DNA from: an uncultured Candidatus Entotheonella sp.
GTDB lineage: Bacteria > Tectomicrobia > Entotheonellia > Entotheonellales > Entotheonellaceae
Length of the DNA stretch: 64,000 nucleotides
Direction of reading: 5' to 3'
Assembly: GCA_965215335.1 (NCBI GenBank)
Contig: CBDCDA010000002.1
Coordinates: forward strand, 96,001-160,000
A program made the position numbers and the translations under genes. Shown here piece by piece: positions 9,246 through 18,576 of this stretch; position 1 is the first letter of the stretch, and every line of letters begins with the position of its first letter. Under the pieces are notes generated by a model that searched no databases, was not told where the DNA came from, and worked only from the letters and a program-made list of their open reading frames with translations.

Positions 9246-9894
9246 GGGGTGTCCCTTGGACAAGGTGCGCGTTCATAGCCGCTCCGAGGTCGTCCCCTAC
9301 CGCGCTCCAGTCATGATAGATTGCCAACGCATCAAGTCGTTCGTCGCTCATACCCCATTGATAATCGTTCAGGGTTCCCATGAAGTCGAGCGTCTGCGCC
9401 AGCCCTGAAAGGAACGACGGCATGGTGAAACGAAAAGATGCGTGAGAATAGCCAAACGCAGCCTGCGGGATAAGGCTGTTGACCGCCATCTCGGGATATT
9501 GGCGATAGATTGCCGACAGCAGGTGTTTGAAGGGAACGAAGCGTATCCACTTGGCAGCGTCTTCCATGTAGCGAGCCGCCGGTTTCGAGAGCGTTCTCAA
9601 AACCGCCATGCCCCTCGCATAGCCTGAATCCGTCAGTGAATACCTGTTATACCGTCCGGTTGTGTCGATAGTTATCTTTCCCTGCTCGGCCAAGCTGTCG
9701 AGGGCCTCATAGACCGCTTTATCGAAAGGGCCGTAATGGTAGGGCTCGAAATGAAAACAGGGGCCATCGATATACTGCGGGATCTCTTTATCAAGCAGGA
9801 AGAAGAGTTTCTGCACACGAACCGGGTCGTATCGCGCGCCCGCGCCACCGGCTGCCATGGCAGCCAACACGACGTCGAAACGTTGCCTTGCCAT
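9229..9894 (-). CDS. Hypothetical protein: YwgA/Panacea-like N-terminal domain plus small C-terminal domain
   Basis: ATG 9894 with GAGGGGAG RBS; VQKLFFLLD..FHFEPYHYGPFD..YSLTDSG..IYRQYP pattern, then MPSFLSGLAQTLDF..DALAIYHDWSAVGDDL. Confidence 0.6.
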   Translation of the reverse strand: MARQRFDVVLAAMAAGGAGARYDPVRVQKLFFLLDKEIPQYIDGPCFHFEPYHYGPFDKAVYEALDSLAEQGKITIDTTGRYNRYSLTDSGYARGMAVLRTLSKPAARYMEDAAKWIRFVPFKHLLSAIYRQYPEMAVNSLIPQAAFGYSHASFRFTMPSFLSGLAQTLDFMGTLNDYQWGMSDERLDALAIYHDWSAVGDDLGAAMNAHLVQGTPREPQT

Positions 9895-10040
9895 CGTCCT
9901 GTCTCCCCTCAGGACATTTGAAACAGTTCGGCACAGTTCGGCGAACAGCGCCGTTGGTAAGGTTGGCATACTATATAGCAATTCGTACGGGAGTTCATAC
10001 GCAGGACTCTGACGGGTACAGCCTACGGGCTTCCCTCACC

Positions 10041-13000
10041 TTACGAGATCACCACCACATCCTTCTCAGTCTCAGCATACAAATCATCCATCTCGCCCTG
10101 AATCCCGATCGTCACCCCGATGGCCGTCACCATGCGACAGTAGGTGCGGACGTCGTCGAGGTCAAGGCGGCGGCCCCTGCGGTCTTTCAGCCATTTGTCG
10201 CAGACCTGGTAGCCACCGATGCGGTAAGCATGAACCTCTGGCGGGACGGGACCGAAATACTGGGTTTTGTTGACGTACAGGCGTTGCTCGCCGGGGTCGT
10301 AGCGAAAGCCCTGCGACTTGGTTCGGGCCACCACGGCATCGCCGGCGCCCTCGAAGCGGCAAGTCGGCGTGTCGAGTTCGGGGGAGTCGAGGAGATGCAG
10401 AGCGGTCAAGCGCGCGCCCAGGGCGGCGACTTGGGCGAACACGGCGCGGTTCTTCGTGAATGGAACGCGCGGGAAGTCGGTGCGCAGAAACTCGGCGTAC
10501 CTGGCGCGACAGGTTGGGGCGTACAGGACGGCGTAAACGTAGTGGAAGACGTCTTCGGGCGCAGGTGCCTGACCATGTGCCACCGTCAGGGCCGCGATCA
10601 GCTCGGGATTCAGGTTGGGTTGCCGCGCGGATGGTTCGAGCCTTGCGAGAAGGTCACCGCGGTCGGCAGTGGGATAGAGATACAAGGGATGCGCATACCC
10701 GATCTCTCTGGTCTTGTTGGAAACGCAACAACTTTCAGCAATGCCCTTGGTAACCAGGCAGTGCTGCCACGTTTCGCTGACCGTTTGTCGGCAGATGTGA
10801 AGCGCCAGATTGTCCCCGGCCAGCATGTGGCGCATGACCTCGGGTCGAGGCATGCAGATGAACCCCCGCGACCGCCCGGTGTAATAGGTGTGGCGCACGT
10901 CAAAGGGCCGGTAGAAGATCGGTACCACCCGCTCGCGGGCGGGTCCCGAATCGCGCACGTCCTGCTGCGCCAACATCACTTTCCAGTCCCGCGCGTCTTT
11001 GCCAAGCCCATACCCTTGCCGGGCCAACTCCGGCTCCATCCGCGAGAAGACGGACACCGTGCTCCACACCTCATCCGTCGACCAGCGAATCGTTAGGCTG
11101 TCGCGTGCCGTGACGATGCCGACGCTGTGCACGGGAAACACCTCGGCCACCGGCATGAAGCGGCTGTATACGGCTTCGAGTGCCTCGTCGCGTGGCACGA
11201 ACAGGTAGCGCGGCGACGCCGGATACAACACCTGCCACTCGGTGCTGTCCCGGTCGTGCACACGCAGCCAGGCGTATTTGCTCTCACGGGTCCCGAAACG
11301 CCCGGCGTGATGAATCCGGGCCTCCTGGCCGTCCGGCATTGAATCGCCCCGCTTCACGAAAAAGGCAATGGCCACCCCCTGGCGAATATCGAAGACGTTC
11401 TGGTCCGGGCTGCCATCCGGTCCGGTTTCCTTCTTCAGCGCATTGCCGTGCAGGTCGAGAACGTAGAGGTCGTCGAAGGTGCGCAGAAGGCTTTGGCGCA
11501 TGCCGCGGAAAGTGGGGTTATCGAGGTAGCTGTGGTTGGTGATCATGCCGACGGAGCCGCGTCCAGCCTGCTCGATCTTCCACTGCGCGTAGCGCAGGAA
11601 CTTGACGTAGTCGTCCTGCAGCCATTTCGGATTTTTCTCGCCCAACGGCTGGCCGTCCACCTGCTTGTAATTGTCGATCAGCCCCCGTATCCAGGCCCCC
11701 TTGTTGCTGGAGTGTCCCGAATAGGGCGGATTGCCGAAAATGAGTAGAATCGGCTTTTCCTTCTTGACCACGCCCGCCAGACGGGATTCGGCAGCCAGGG
11801 CCGCAATGCCCGGCAAACGGCTTTCCTCCAACTCCTTCCAGTCCAGGGTATTGGTGAGGTAGAACGGCATGCGTTCGTCGTCGCCCAGGCGGTGGCCGAG
11901 TTCTTCCAGGAAGAAGCTCATCTTGAGGTGGCCGACCGCATAGGGCGCCATCATCAGTTCAAGGGCGTAGAAGTTCTGGAGAACGTGCTGGCGGATGAAG
12001 TCCGCCTTGCCGCCGCTGCCGTACTTGGCTTCAAACTCGGCCACCGCCTCCTGGGCGGCCCGGGCCACGAAGGTCATGGTGCCCGCCGCGGGATCGAGCA
12101 GCGTCACGCCTGCCGAGGCGAGGCCGTCGCGCAGGCCGAAGTCGCTCTTTAGCAGACCGTGCAGGGAACGAACGATATAGCCGACCACCGGTTCGGGGGT
12201 GTAGTAGACGCCGCGCCGCTCGCGCTCGTCGGGGTCGTACTGCGCCAGAAACGTCTCGTAGAAGTGTACGATGGGGTCGCTGCCTTTGCCCTCCCGGTAG
12301 CAGTGACCAAGGATGCCCGGGCCGTCGGCCACGGCCAGGACTTCGGCGAGGTCATCCACGCACCAGGCGAGTGGTTCCGGCAGATCGCCCAGCGAAATGA
12401 AACGGAACATGTCACGCAGGACGCCGATGGTGTGGGGAATGTTGTCGAACGCGGCGCGGCGATTGAAGCCCTCGCCGGCACGGATACGGGCCGCAAAAAG
12501 GCCGTAGGCGATGGTCTGCGCGAAGAGGTCGGCGAATTCCTCCGGCGTCAACGAGCCGATGAGGTATTCCCGGAAGGCGTCAAAGAAGCCGCGCAGCAGG
12601 CCGGGGTCGTCCGCCTCGTCGTCGTATTGGTCTCGGACGACCTCGCGGAGCAGGCGCGTGCGCCTGGCCAGCTCGACGGCGAGGGATTCGGCGGTGAACG
12701 TCTTGGGCAGAGCAAAATCGAGGAAGCGCTCGAGGAGGGCCGAGAGATCTTCCGGGCGCTCAACCGGCGGTGCCGTGTGCAGTTGATTGAGCACCAGAGG
12801 CCGGGCGGCGAGAACCGTCTGCTCCCGCACCCCGTTACGGTACAGGCGGAACTCCAGAAAGTTGGTGAGCAGCAGATTCGGGAAGGTCGACCGGTAGCGG
12901 CGCAGCTGCTCGGAGTTCTCGATGTCGTCCAGCCGCTCTTCGGTCGGCCTCTTGGCCTCGACGTAGCCGATGACGCGGTCCGTGCCGTTCCACAACCGAA

Positions 13001-13190
13001 AATCCGGATTGCCACCCTCGGTCGGCTTGGGCAGGGTGGTAACGTGCACGTGCTGCCGGCCGCTGTCGTCGGCCACCGTCTTGAGCATCGCCGCCAAAGC
13101 CGGGTAGAAGCTCTCCTCGCGCGCGTCGCCTTGCCGCGCGGTGGTGGCAAGATCCTTGAAATAGTCGGCAAAGACAGCTTTCCGATTCAT
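10041..13190 (-). CDS. Single-chain restriction-modification enzyme (Type IIG-like: nuclease, N6-adenine methyltransferase, Type ISP-like specificity domain)
   Basis: N-terminal NPDF..GYVEAK PD-(D/E)xK-like motif; [14 protein letters not shown] (motif I), GNPPY (motif IV); C-terminal YRPFD, DFPRVP, IGGYQV; no helicase motifs seen. Confidence 0.85.
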   Translation of the reverse strand: MNRKAVFADYFKDLATTARQGDAREESFYPALAAMLKTVADDSGRQHVHVTTLPKPTEGGNPDFRLWNGTDRVIGYVEAKRPTEERLDDIENSEQLRRYRSTFPNLLLTNFLEFRLYRNGVREQTVLAARPLVLNQLHTAPPVERPEDLSALLERFLDFALPKTFTAESLAVELARRTRLLREVVRDQYDDEADDPGLLRGFFDAFREYLIGSLTPEEFADLFAQTIAYGLFAARIRAGEGFNRRAAFDNIPHTIGVLRDMFRFISLGDLPEPLAWCVDDLAEVLAVADGPGILGHCYREGKGSDPIVHFYETFLAQYDPDERERRGVYYTPEPVVGYIVRSLHGLLKSDFGLRDGLASAGVTLLDPAAGTMTFVARAAQEAVAEFEAKYGSGGKADFIRQHVLQNFYALELMMAPYAVGHLKMSFFLEELGHRLGDDERMPFYLTNTLDWKELEESRLPGIAALAAESRLAGVVKKEKPILLIFGNPPYSGHSSNKGAWIRGLIDNYKQVDGQPLGEKNPKWLQDDYVKFLRYAQWKIEQAGRGSVGMITNHSYLDNPTFRGMRQSLLRTFDDLYVLDLHGNALKKETGPDGSPDQNVFDIRQGVAIAFFVKRGDSMPDGQEARIHHAGRFGTRESKYAWLRVHDRDSTEWQVLYPASPRYLFVPRDEALEAVYSRFMPVAEVFPVHSVGIVTARDSLTIRWSTDEVWSTVSVFSRMEPELARQGYGLGKDARDWKVMLAQQDVRDSGPARERVVPIFYRPFDVRHTYYTGRSRGFICMPRPEVMRHMLAGDNLALHICRQTVSETWQHCLVTKGIAESCCVSNKTREIGYAHPLYLYPTADRGDLLARLEPSARQPNLNPELIAALTVAHGQAPAPEDVFHYVYAVLYAPTCRARYAEFLRTDFPRVPFTKNRAVFAQVAALGARLTALHLLDSPELDTPTCRFEGAGDAVVARTKSQGFRYDPGEQRLYVNKTQYFGPVPPEVHAYRIGGYQVCDKWLKDRRGRRLDLDDVRTYCRMVTAIGVTIGIQGEMDDLYAETEKDVVVIS

Positions 13191-13290
13191 GACGGCGTCC
13201 CCCTTCACCGTGCATGGTATCCAGAATCAGGTTCCGATACCATGCCTTGATCGGCAATCATACCCAACAGGCGGAAGGAGGCCCTTGGCA

Positions 13291-13503
13291 ATGGCTGGAT
13301 CGTATTTCGAGGAATTTGCCATCGGGCAGGTGCTCGGGCATCAGCCCGGGCGCACGGCGACGGAAGCGGACAACGTGCTGTTCACCACCATGACGATGAA
13401 CCCGCAGCCGCTGCACCTGGACGCGGCGTTTGCCAGCCAGACGGAATTCGGGCAGCGGCTGATCAACAGCTGGTGTGAGAGCCGGACGGCGGGGACGGTT
13501 TAA
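13291..13503 (+). pseudogene. Truncated MaoC-family dehydratase
   Basis: [47 protein letters not shown], then an early stop at 70 aa, about half a hotdog domain. Confidence 0.7.
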
Positions 13504-13832
13504 TCATCCTCGCAAAGCGCCCGCAGCATGGCCCAGGGGTAGATGCCGGTGCGGTGGCCATCGTCCCATTCGATGCCCAGGGCGTAATGCCCGACGGCGC
13601 TCAGGTGCACCGGCTGCACGTCGTGGGTGGTGACGGTGATGACGGTCTGGAAGGGGTTTTTGTCGGCTTCCTGCTGGATGCGCAGTTCGCCGCAGGTGGC
13701 ACAGGGGCAGACTCGGCGCAGGTTGCCGTATTCGTAGAAGCAGGCGCGCCCGTCGTTCCACAGGATACGCAGGGCGCCACCGTCGTTGCGCTGAATTTCC
13801 ACGGGATAATACGAGTCCAGCGATCCGGCCAC
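13500..13832 (-). CDS. DUF971 / GBBH-like N-terminal metal-binding domain protein
   Basis: [39 protein letters not shown] motifs; GTG 13832 with GAGAGG RBS. Confidence 0.85.
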   Translation of the reverse strand: MAGSLDSYYPVEIQRNDGGALRILWNDGRACFYEYGNLRRVCPCATCGELRIQQEADKNPFQTVITVTTHDVQPVHLSAVGHYALGIEWDDGHRTGIYPWAMLRALCEDD

Positions 13833-13860
13833 AACCGACCTCTCTGCCCGCCTGCTCAAA

Positions 13861-13899
13861 GCCGGCAGGAGGGCCCTTCGGAGTGGCCCTCCTGCCGGC
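13861..13899 (-). terminator. Perfect 15-bp stem-loop, possible intrinsic terminator or mRNA-stabilising hairpin
   Basis: GCCGGCAGGAGGGCC-N9-GGCCCTCCTGCCGGC; followed by only TTTG on the minus strand. Confidence 0.55.
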
Positions 13900-13906
13900 A
13901 CGGCCG

Positions 13907-14569
13907 TTAGCGCCCCATATCCTCGCGGCGGCGCGCCTCCGAAGCAGCGGCGGCCGCTGCCGATGCGGGCTTCTTGATTTCCATGACGTACGGACGCGGG
14001 GCGGCAATGTTGTACAGCGCGTGGAAGAGTTCCACGTCGTCCGGCCCTTCCCAGGCCCCGGCATCGAGTTTGATGAAGGTGGGCTGATACCCGTCGAAGA
14101 GGATGGTCGGCACGCCGAAAATGTCGTGCTCGTCCGATTCCTGATGATCGGCGCCAACCGACGCGCGATACTTGCGGGTGCGCAGGTCCTCGGCCAGCAC
14201 GGTGGTTTCGACGTCGACCTCGCGGGCCAGCTGCATCAGTTCGAGGGGATTGGCAATGTCCCGTTTCTGCTGGTGGTGCGCCCGGAACACGGCGATATGG
14301 AACCGATTGAAGGCGTCTTCGCCCTGCTCGGCCAGGATGCTCTTGGCGGCTTCATGGGGCGGGATGTCGCGGCTGGTGAAACGGGGGTCTTCCCAGGCTT
14401 TCCATTCCAGCCCGCGGCGACTGTTGACTTGCTCCAGCAGAAACGACTTCCAGGTAATGTTCAGGTCTTCGCCCAATTTGTCTTGCACGCGACCGAGCCA
14501 CTCCGCGGCTCGCCAAGCGTAGGGTCAAACGTAACAACTCCAGATGGTGAAGTCATAGCCTTGGCTCAT
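13907..14569 (-). CDS. DsbA/FrnE-family thioredoxin-fold selenoprotein (Sec at codon 15)
   Basis: GGAGAA RBS and ATG 14569; MSQGYDFTIWSCYV-TGA-PYAWRAAEWL continues in frame into the 13907-14488 ORF; cis-Pro motif IFGVPT; SECIS-like hairpin 3' of the TGA; selA/selB nearby. Confidence 0.85.
14486..14521 (-). promoter_or_regulatory. Candidate bacterial SECIS element
   Basis: mRNA UACGC-UUGG-CGAGCCGC-GGA-GUGGCUCG-GUC-GCGUG; apical loop begins with G, 20 nt after the UGA at 14527-14525. Confidence 0.7.
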
Positions 14570-14632
14570 GAAGGTTCTCCTTGCTGCGTTGCGGGCCGCG
14601 TGGCCCTTGCATGGTGTGAGTGAGAGGAACCG

Positions 14633-14661
14633 ATGGTAGCACACCGCCCTGGGGTTGTCAG
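14633..14661 (-). promoter_or_regulatory. Putative sigma70 promoter of the selenoprotein gene
   Basis: CTGACA-N17-TACCAT with TGn extended -10, about 60 nt upstream of ATG 14569. Confidence 0.45.
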
Positions 14662-14680
14662 GTCCAGCAGACGGCGGAAC

Positions 14681-15022
14681 CTACAGATACATGCCGCGGC
14701 CCAGCGCGCTGGCTTCCTCGTCCTCGGTGTGGTCAAAGTCTTCGCGGCCCGGGAAGTGGGCGACGGAGCGGATGTTGCCCCAGGGAATCAGCACGTAGGC
14801 GAGGTGCTCCTCGTGCTGGCGCTGGTCCGGCGGGATGAGGATGCCGTTGTCGTAGCGAACGCGCGTGGTCTCCAGCTTGGGATTTTCGATCCACAGACCG
14901 ATGGAGTCGCGCCCCACCACTTTGGCGTAGAACTTGCGCTCCTTGATGCCTGCCGCCTCCAGCCCTTCGTGATGAAAGATCATCACCATGACCATTCTGT
15001 TTATCGTATCGTCGATTGTCAT
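14681..15022 (-). CDS. Hypothetical beta-rich small protein
   Basis: ATG 15022 with GAGGT RBS; host-like codon usage; FYAKVVGRDSIGLWIENP..YVLIPWGNIRSV. Confidence 0.7.
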   Translation of the reverse strand: MTIDDTINRMVMVMIFHHEGLEAAGIKERKFYAKVVGRDSIGLWIENPKLETTRVRYDNGILIPPDQRQHEEHLAYVLIPWGNIRSVAHFPGREDFDHTEDEEASALGRGMYL

Positions 15023-15210
15023 CGTCAACGACCTCGCCGCGGCATGGTCCATGGCCTCAGGGCAGGTTGCTTGCTCACCTCCGGCACGGGCTCTCCCGCC
15101 TTAACCAACGTCAACGAGACTTGGACGGGGCATAGTAGGCAATCCACAAGGGCTTTGCAAGCAGCCGAAGCGCTCGGGAACGAGCCGGTCTTACCCGTCG
15201 CGGGCGACGC

Positions 15211-15239
15211 TTGAACTTGCGCTGCCCACAACCTATCAT
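15211..15239 (+). promoter_or_regulatory. Putative sigma70 promoter of the DUF507 pair
   Basis: TTGAAC-N17-TATCAT. Confidence 0.45.
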
Positions 15240-15276
15240 TCCCTGAGTTTGCCGGACAATGCGAAGGAGGACGGGG

Positions 15277-15558
15277 ATGCGGCTGGGCAGGAAAATGATC
15301 GACCACGTCGCCAGGACCATCACGGACGTGTTGACCCGGAAAGAGGTGCTGGATCTCAAGGTGGACCCGCGTGCCGTCACCGAGGAAGTGAGCCGGCTGA
15401 TCGTCGACGACCTGATGGTCGAGGATCGGCTCAACGACGAGGTAAGAGACATCCTGGAGGCCCACAGCAACGAGATGGACCGCGGCAACATCGACTACTC
15501 GCGCATGTTTTCCATGGTCAAGCGTCAGCTTGTGCGAGACCGCGGCCTGATTCTGTAG
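15277..15558 (+). CDS. DUF507 family protein
   Basis: AGGAGG RBS; MRL..EDRLNDEVRDIL..IDYSRMFSMVKRQLVRDRGLIL. Confidence 0.75.
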   Translation: MRLGRKMIDHVARTITDVLTRKEVLDLKVDPRAVTEEVSRLIVDDLMVEDRLNDEVRDILEAHSNEMDRGNIDYSRMFSMVKRQLVRDRGLIL

Positions 15559-15587
15559 ACGGGCAGCCCAGAGCGGGGAAATTACCG

Positions 15588-15857
15588 ATGAGCCTCTCAC
15601 GAGAAAAAGTCAACCATCTTTCGCAGCTTGTCGTGCGGCGGCTGGAGGAGATGCCGGGGGTGACGCTGCGCATGCCCTCCAACACCGTGCGGCTGCAGAT
15701 CGTGAGTGCCATACAGGAAGCGCTCCGGCTCGAAGAGGAAGTCGACTTCGCCGTCCGGCAGACCCTGGCATCCTACACGCGCAAGGTCGTGGAAGGCAGC
15801 CGGGAATGGGACGTGATGTATCAGAAGCTCTACGAGTTGGAACTGGACAAGCATTAG
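15588..15857 (+). CDS. DUF507 family protein (second tandem paralogue)
   Basis: MSLSREKVNHLS..EEEVDFAVRQTL..EGSREWDVMYQKLYELEL. Confidence 0.7.
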   Translation: MSLSREKVNHLSQLVVRRLEEMPGVTLRMPSNTVRLQIVSAIQEALRLEEEVDFAVRQTLASYTRKVVEGSREWDVMYQKLYELELDKH

Positions 15858-15881
15858 ACGCTTTCGCACGCCTCTCCGGAG

Positions 15882-17663
15882 TCAGTAGAGCTGGTCGATC
15901 TCAGCCTGGTACTTCTGCGTCACGACCCGCCGTTTGACCTTCAACGTCGGCGTCAGTTCGTTGCCTGCCTCCGTAAAATCCTCCCGCGCAATCACGAACC
16001 TCTTGATCGTCTCATACGGCGCCAAGCGCTGGTTGACCTGTTCTACGCGCCCTTCCAGCAGCGTGCGGAGTTGCGGATCTTCGGCCAGTTCGGCAACCGT
16101 GTTGCCGCTGATGCCCTGCTCTCGGGCGTAGGCCGAGGTTGCCTCCGGGTCGAGGGTGAGCACGGCAGTCAGATAAGGGCGGCGGTCGCCGTAGACCATT
16201 GCCTGGCTGATGTACGGGTCGGCCTTGAGCAGATTCTCGATGTTTTGTGGCGCCACGTTCTTGCCGCCGGCCGTAACCAAGAGGTCCTTCTTGCGGTCGG
16301 TGATACGCAGAAAGCCGTCCGCGTCGACCTCGCCGATGTCCCCGGTGGCGAACCAGCCATCCTCGAGAAACACCTCCGCCGTTGCCTCCGGCCGCTGGTA
16401 GTAGCCCTTGGCAATGTTCGGCCCGCGCGCCAGGATTTCGCCGTCGTCGTCGAGGCGCAGTTCCACGCCTGGCAGCGGCAGGCCGACGGTGCCGAACTTG
16501 TAATTGTCGTGTCGATTGGCGGTCAGTGCCGGGCAGGTCTCCGTGAGCCCGTAGCCTTCCAGGATGAGCAGGCCGGCGGCGTGAAAGAACTCGGCAATCT
16601 CCCGCGCCAGCGGTGCGCCGCCGGAAACGAAATAACGCAACCGCCCCCCGAGCGCTGCGTGGAGTTTCCCGAACACCAGTCGATGCGCCAAGTGTCTTTT
16701 CAGACCGAGGCCCAGCGGCAGCGGCTGGCCCTGTTGCTGCAGACGGCTGGCCTGCTGCCCGACGCCAACGCACCAGTTGAAGACGGCTCGCTTGACGGGC
16801 GACCCGGCAGCGCCGGCCTGCACGCTGGCGTAGACCTTTTCGTAGACCCGCGGCACGCTCACCACCAGCATGGGCCGGACTTCACGCATGTTCTGCGACA
16901 ACGCGTCGATGCTTTCCGCGAAGGCGGTGGTCCAGCCCTTGTAGAAGCCGAGGAAGGATTCGAGGCGCGCAAACGAATGCGCCAAGGGGAGAAAGAGCAG
17001 ATTGACGTCGCCCTCGCCCAGGTCGGTGATCGCGCCGCAACTCTCCATCATGAACAGGTGGTTACCATGCGTCTGTACCACCCCCTTGGGCGGCCCCGTG
17101 GTGCCCGAGGTGTAGACGTAGGTGGCCTCGTGCTCCGGCGTCAGCCCTTGCAGGCGCTGCTCGAGAACGGCTTCCTGGCCGGCAGCGTCGTGGCCTCTTT
17201 GGATCAGGTCGGCGAGCGTCAGAATGGCGTCGTCGGTGTCCGACGGGCTATCCGTCATCAGGACGATGTGCTTCAGGGTCGGAACCTGATCGCGAACGGC
17301 CAGTATCTTGTCGAGTTGCGCAGACGTGTCGATGAACATGACCGTCGTACCGGAGTTTTGCAGAATATAGGCCGCCTGATCGGGCGTCGAGGAGGCGTAG
17401 ATTGGCACCGTGATGGCCGCCGCGGCCATGATGCCGAGGTCGCACTGCACCCATTCCGCCCGGCTGTCGGACAGGATGGCGACACGGTCGCCCGCCTGCA
17501 GGTCCAGAGTCATCAGGCCTCTGGCAACGTGGCGCACGATGTCCCGCAACTCCTGCCAGGAAATCTCGCGCCAAACCCCGTCCCGCTTGACCAAGTGGGC
17601 CGTTTTCCCGTCGCGCTGGGCGGCACGATCGAAAAACACTTGTGGGATACTGCTGGCGTCCAT
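15882..17663 (-). CDS. Long-chain fatty acid-CoA ligase (AMP-dependent synthetase)
   Basis: YTSGTTGPPKG, ILEGYGLTE, GWFATGDIG, RITDRKKDL, ELTPTLKVKR motifs. Confidence 0.9.
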   Translation of the reverse strand: MDASSIPQVFFDRAAQRDGKTAHLVKRDGVWREISWQELRDIVRHVARGLMTLDLQAGDRVAILSDSRAEWVQCDLGIMAAAAITVPIYASSTPDQAAYILQNSGTTVMFIDTSAQLDKILAVRDQVPTLKHIVLMTDSPSDTDDAILTLADLIQRGHDAAGQEAVLEQRLQGLTPEHEATYVYTSGTTGPPKGVVQTHGNHLFMMESCGAITDLGEGDVNLLFLPLAHSFARLESFLGFYKGWTTAFAESIDALSQNMREVRPMLVVSVPRVYEKVYASVQAGAAGSPVKRAVFNWCVGVGQQASRLQQQGQPLPLGLGLKRHLAHRLVFGKLHAALGGRLRYFVSGGAPLAREIAEFFHAAGLLILEGYGLTETCPALTANRHDNYKFGTVGLPLPGVELRLDDDGEILARGPNIAKGYYQRPEATAEVFLEDGWFATGDIGEVDADGFLRITDRKKDLLVTAGGKNVAPQNIENLLKADPYISQAMVYGDRRPYLTAVLTLDPEATSAYAREQGISGNTVAELAEDPQLRTLLEGRVEQVNQRLAPYETIKRFVIAREDFTEAGNELTPTLKVKRRVVTQKYQAEIDQLY

Positions 17664-17706
17664 GTGGTCCCTCCCGTTTTCTTGTGCGATGCGTTCTGCC
17701 ATTGAC

Positions 17707-18156
17707 TCAGCCGCCGTGGGGGCTGTCGAGGAGCAGCGTTACCGGCCCGTCGTTGACCAGGTGCACCTGCATGTGGGCGCCGAAAACGCCGTGCGCGACA
17801 GGCACGCCGCGCCGGGTAGTGGCTTCAAGGAAGCATTCGTAAAGACGCTCGGCCTGTTCAGGCGGCGCCGCCTGAACGAATGACGGGCGGCGGCCTTTGC
17901 GGGCGTCGCCGTACAACGTGAACTGCGGTACGGCCAGCACGCCGCCCTGAATGTCCTGCACGTCGCGGTTCATCTTGCCCTGCGCATCGTTGAAAATCCG
18001 CAGGGTGACGATCTTCGCCGCCAGATAGTCGGCGTCGCGCTCCGTGTCCGGCGTTTGCACGCCCAGGAGCACCAACAGTCCCCGCTCGATGGCGCCCACC
18101 GTTTCGCCATCCACGTCGACCCGGGCTCGCGAGACCCGTTGCACCACAGTCCGCAT
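17707..18156 (-). CDS. dtd: D-aminoacyl-tRNA deacylase
   Basis: [26 protein letters not shown] motifs. Confidence 0.95.
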   Translation of the reverse strand: MRTVVQRVSRARVDVDGETVGAIERGLLVLLGVQTPDTERDADYLAAKIVTLRIFNDAQGKMNRDVQDIQGGVLAVPQFTLYGDARKGRRPSFVQAAPPEQAERLYECFLEATTRRGVPVAHGVFGAHMQVHLVNDGPVTLLLDSPHGG

Positions 18157-18205
18157 TACGCCGCCCTCCGTTCCGGGTGCCGCGCCAGCACACCCGCCGC
18201 ACCTG

Positions 18206-18234
18206 TTGCAATGGCCCGGCCAAGCCGTTAGAAT
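18206..18234 (+). promoter_or_regulatory. Putative sigma70 promoter of the ferredoxin gene
   Basis: TTGCAA-N17-TAGAAT. Confidence 0.5.
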
Positions 18235-18287
18235 GGCCCAGTTTGACAGCAAGCGTCAAGAGCCGACCAAACGCATGGAGGAGCGTA

Positions 18288-18566
18288 GTGGCGGAGCGAG
18301 CGAGACGGGCGCGCAAACCGCGGCCCAAAGCCTGGATTGATGTGGATGGCTGCACCGGCTGTGAATGGTGCGTTGATTTTTGTCCTGTCGACTGCATTGA
18401 CAAAATTGCCGATCCCTCCTATGCCGGCGACGGCACCCACGAGGTCGTCATCGTCGACTGGGACGTGTGTACAGGTTGTACCATTTGCGCCAAGGAATGC
18501 CCCTGGGACACCATCACGATGATTTCGGGCGTGGATGTCGAAGCGCTGATGAATGAAGAGGTGTAA
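18288..18566 (+). CDS. 2[4Fe-4S] dicluster ferredoxin
   Basis: GGAGGA RBS and GTG; two CxxCxxCxxxCP motifs (CTGCEWCVDFCP, CTGCTICAKECP). Confidence 0.9.
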   Translation: MAERARRARKPRPKAWIDVDGCTGCEWCVDFCPVDCIDKIADPSYAGDGTHEVVIVDWDVCTGCTICAKECPWDTITMISGVDVEALMNEEV

Positions 18567-18576
18567 TCCGCCGACT

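Noticed and set aside
13440..13503. Possible recoding to rescue the short MaoC gene
   Set aside because: It ends in TAA and runs into the convergent DUF971 gene, leaving no room for the missing half
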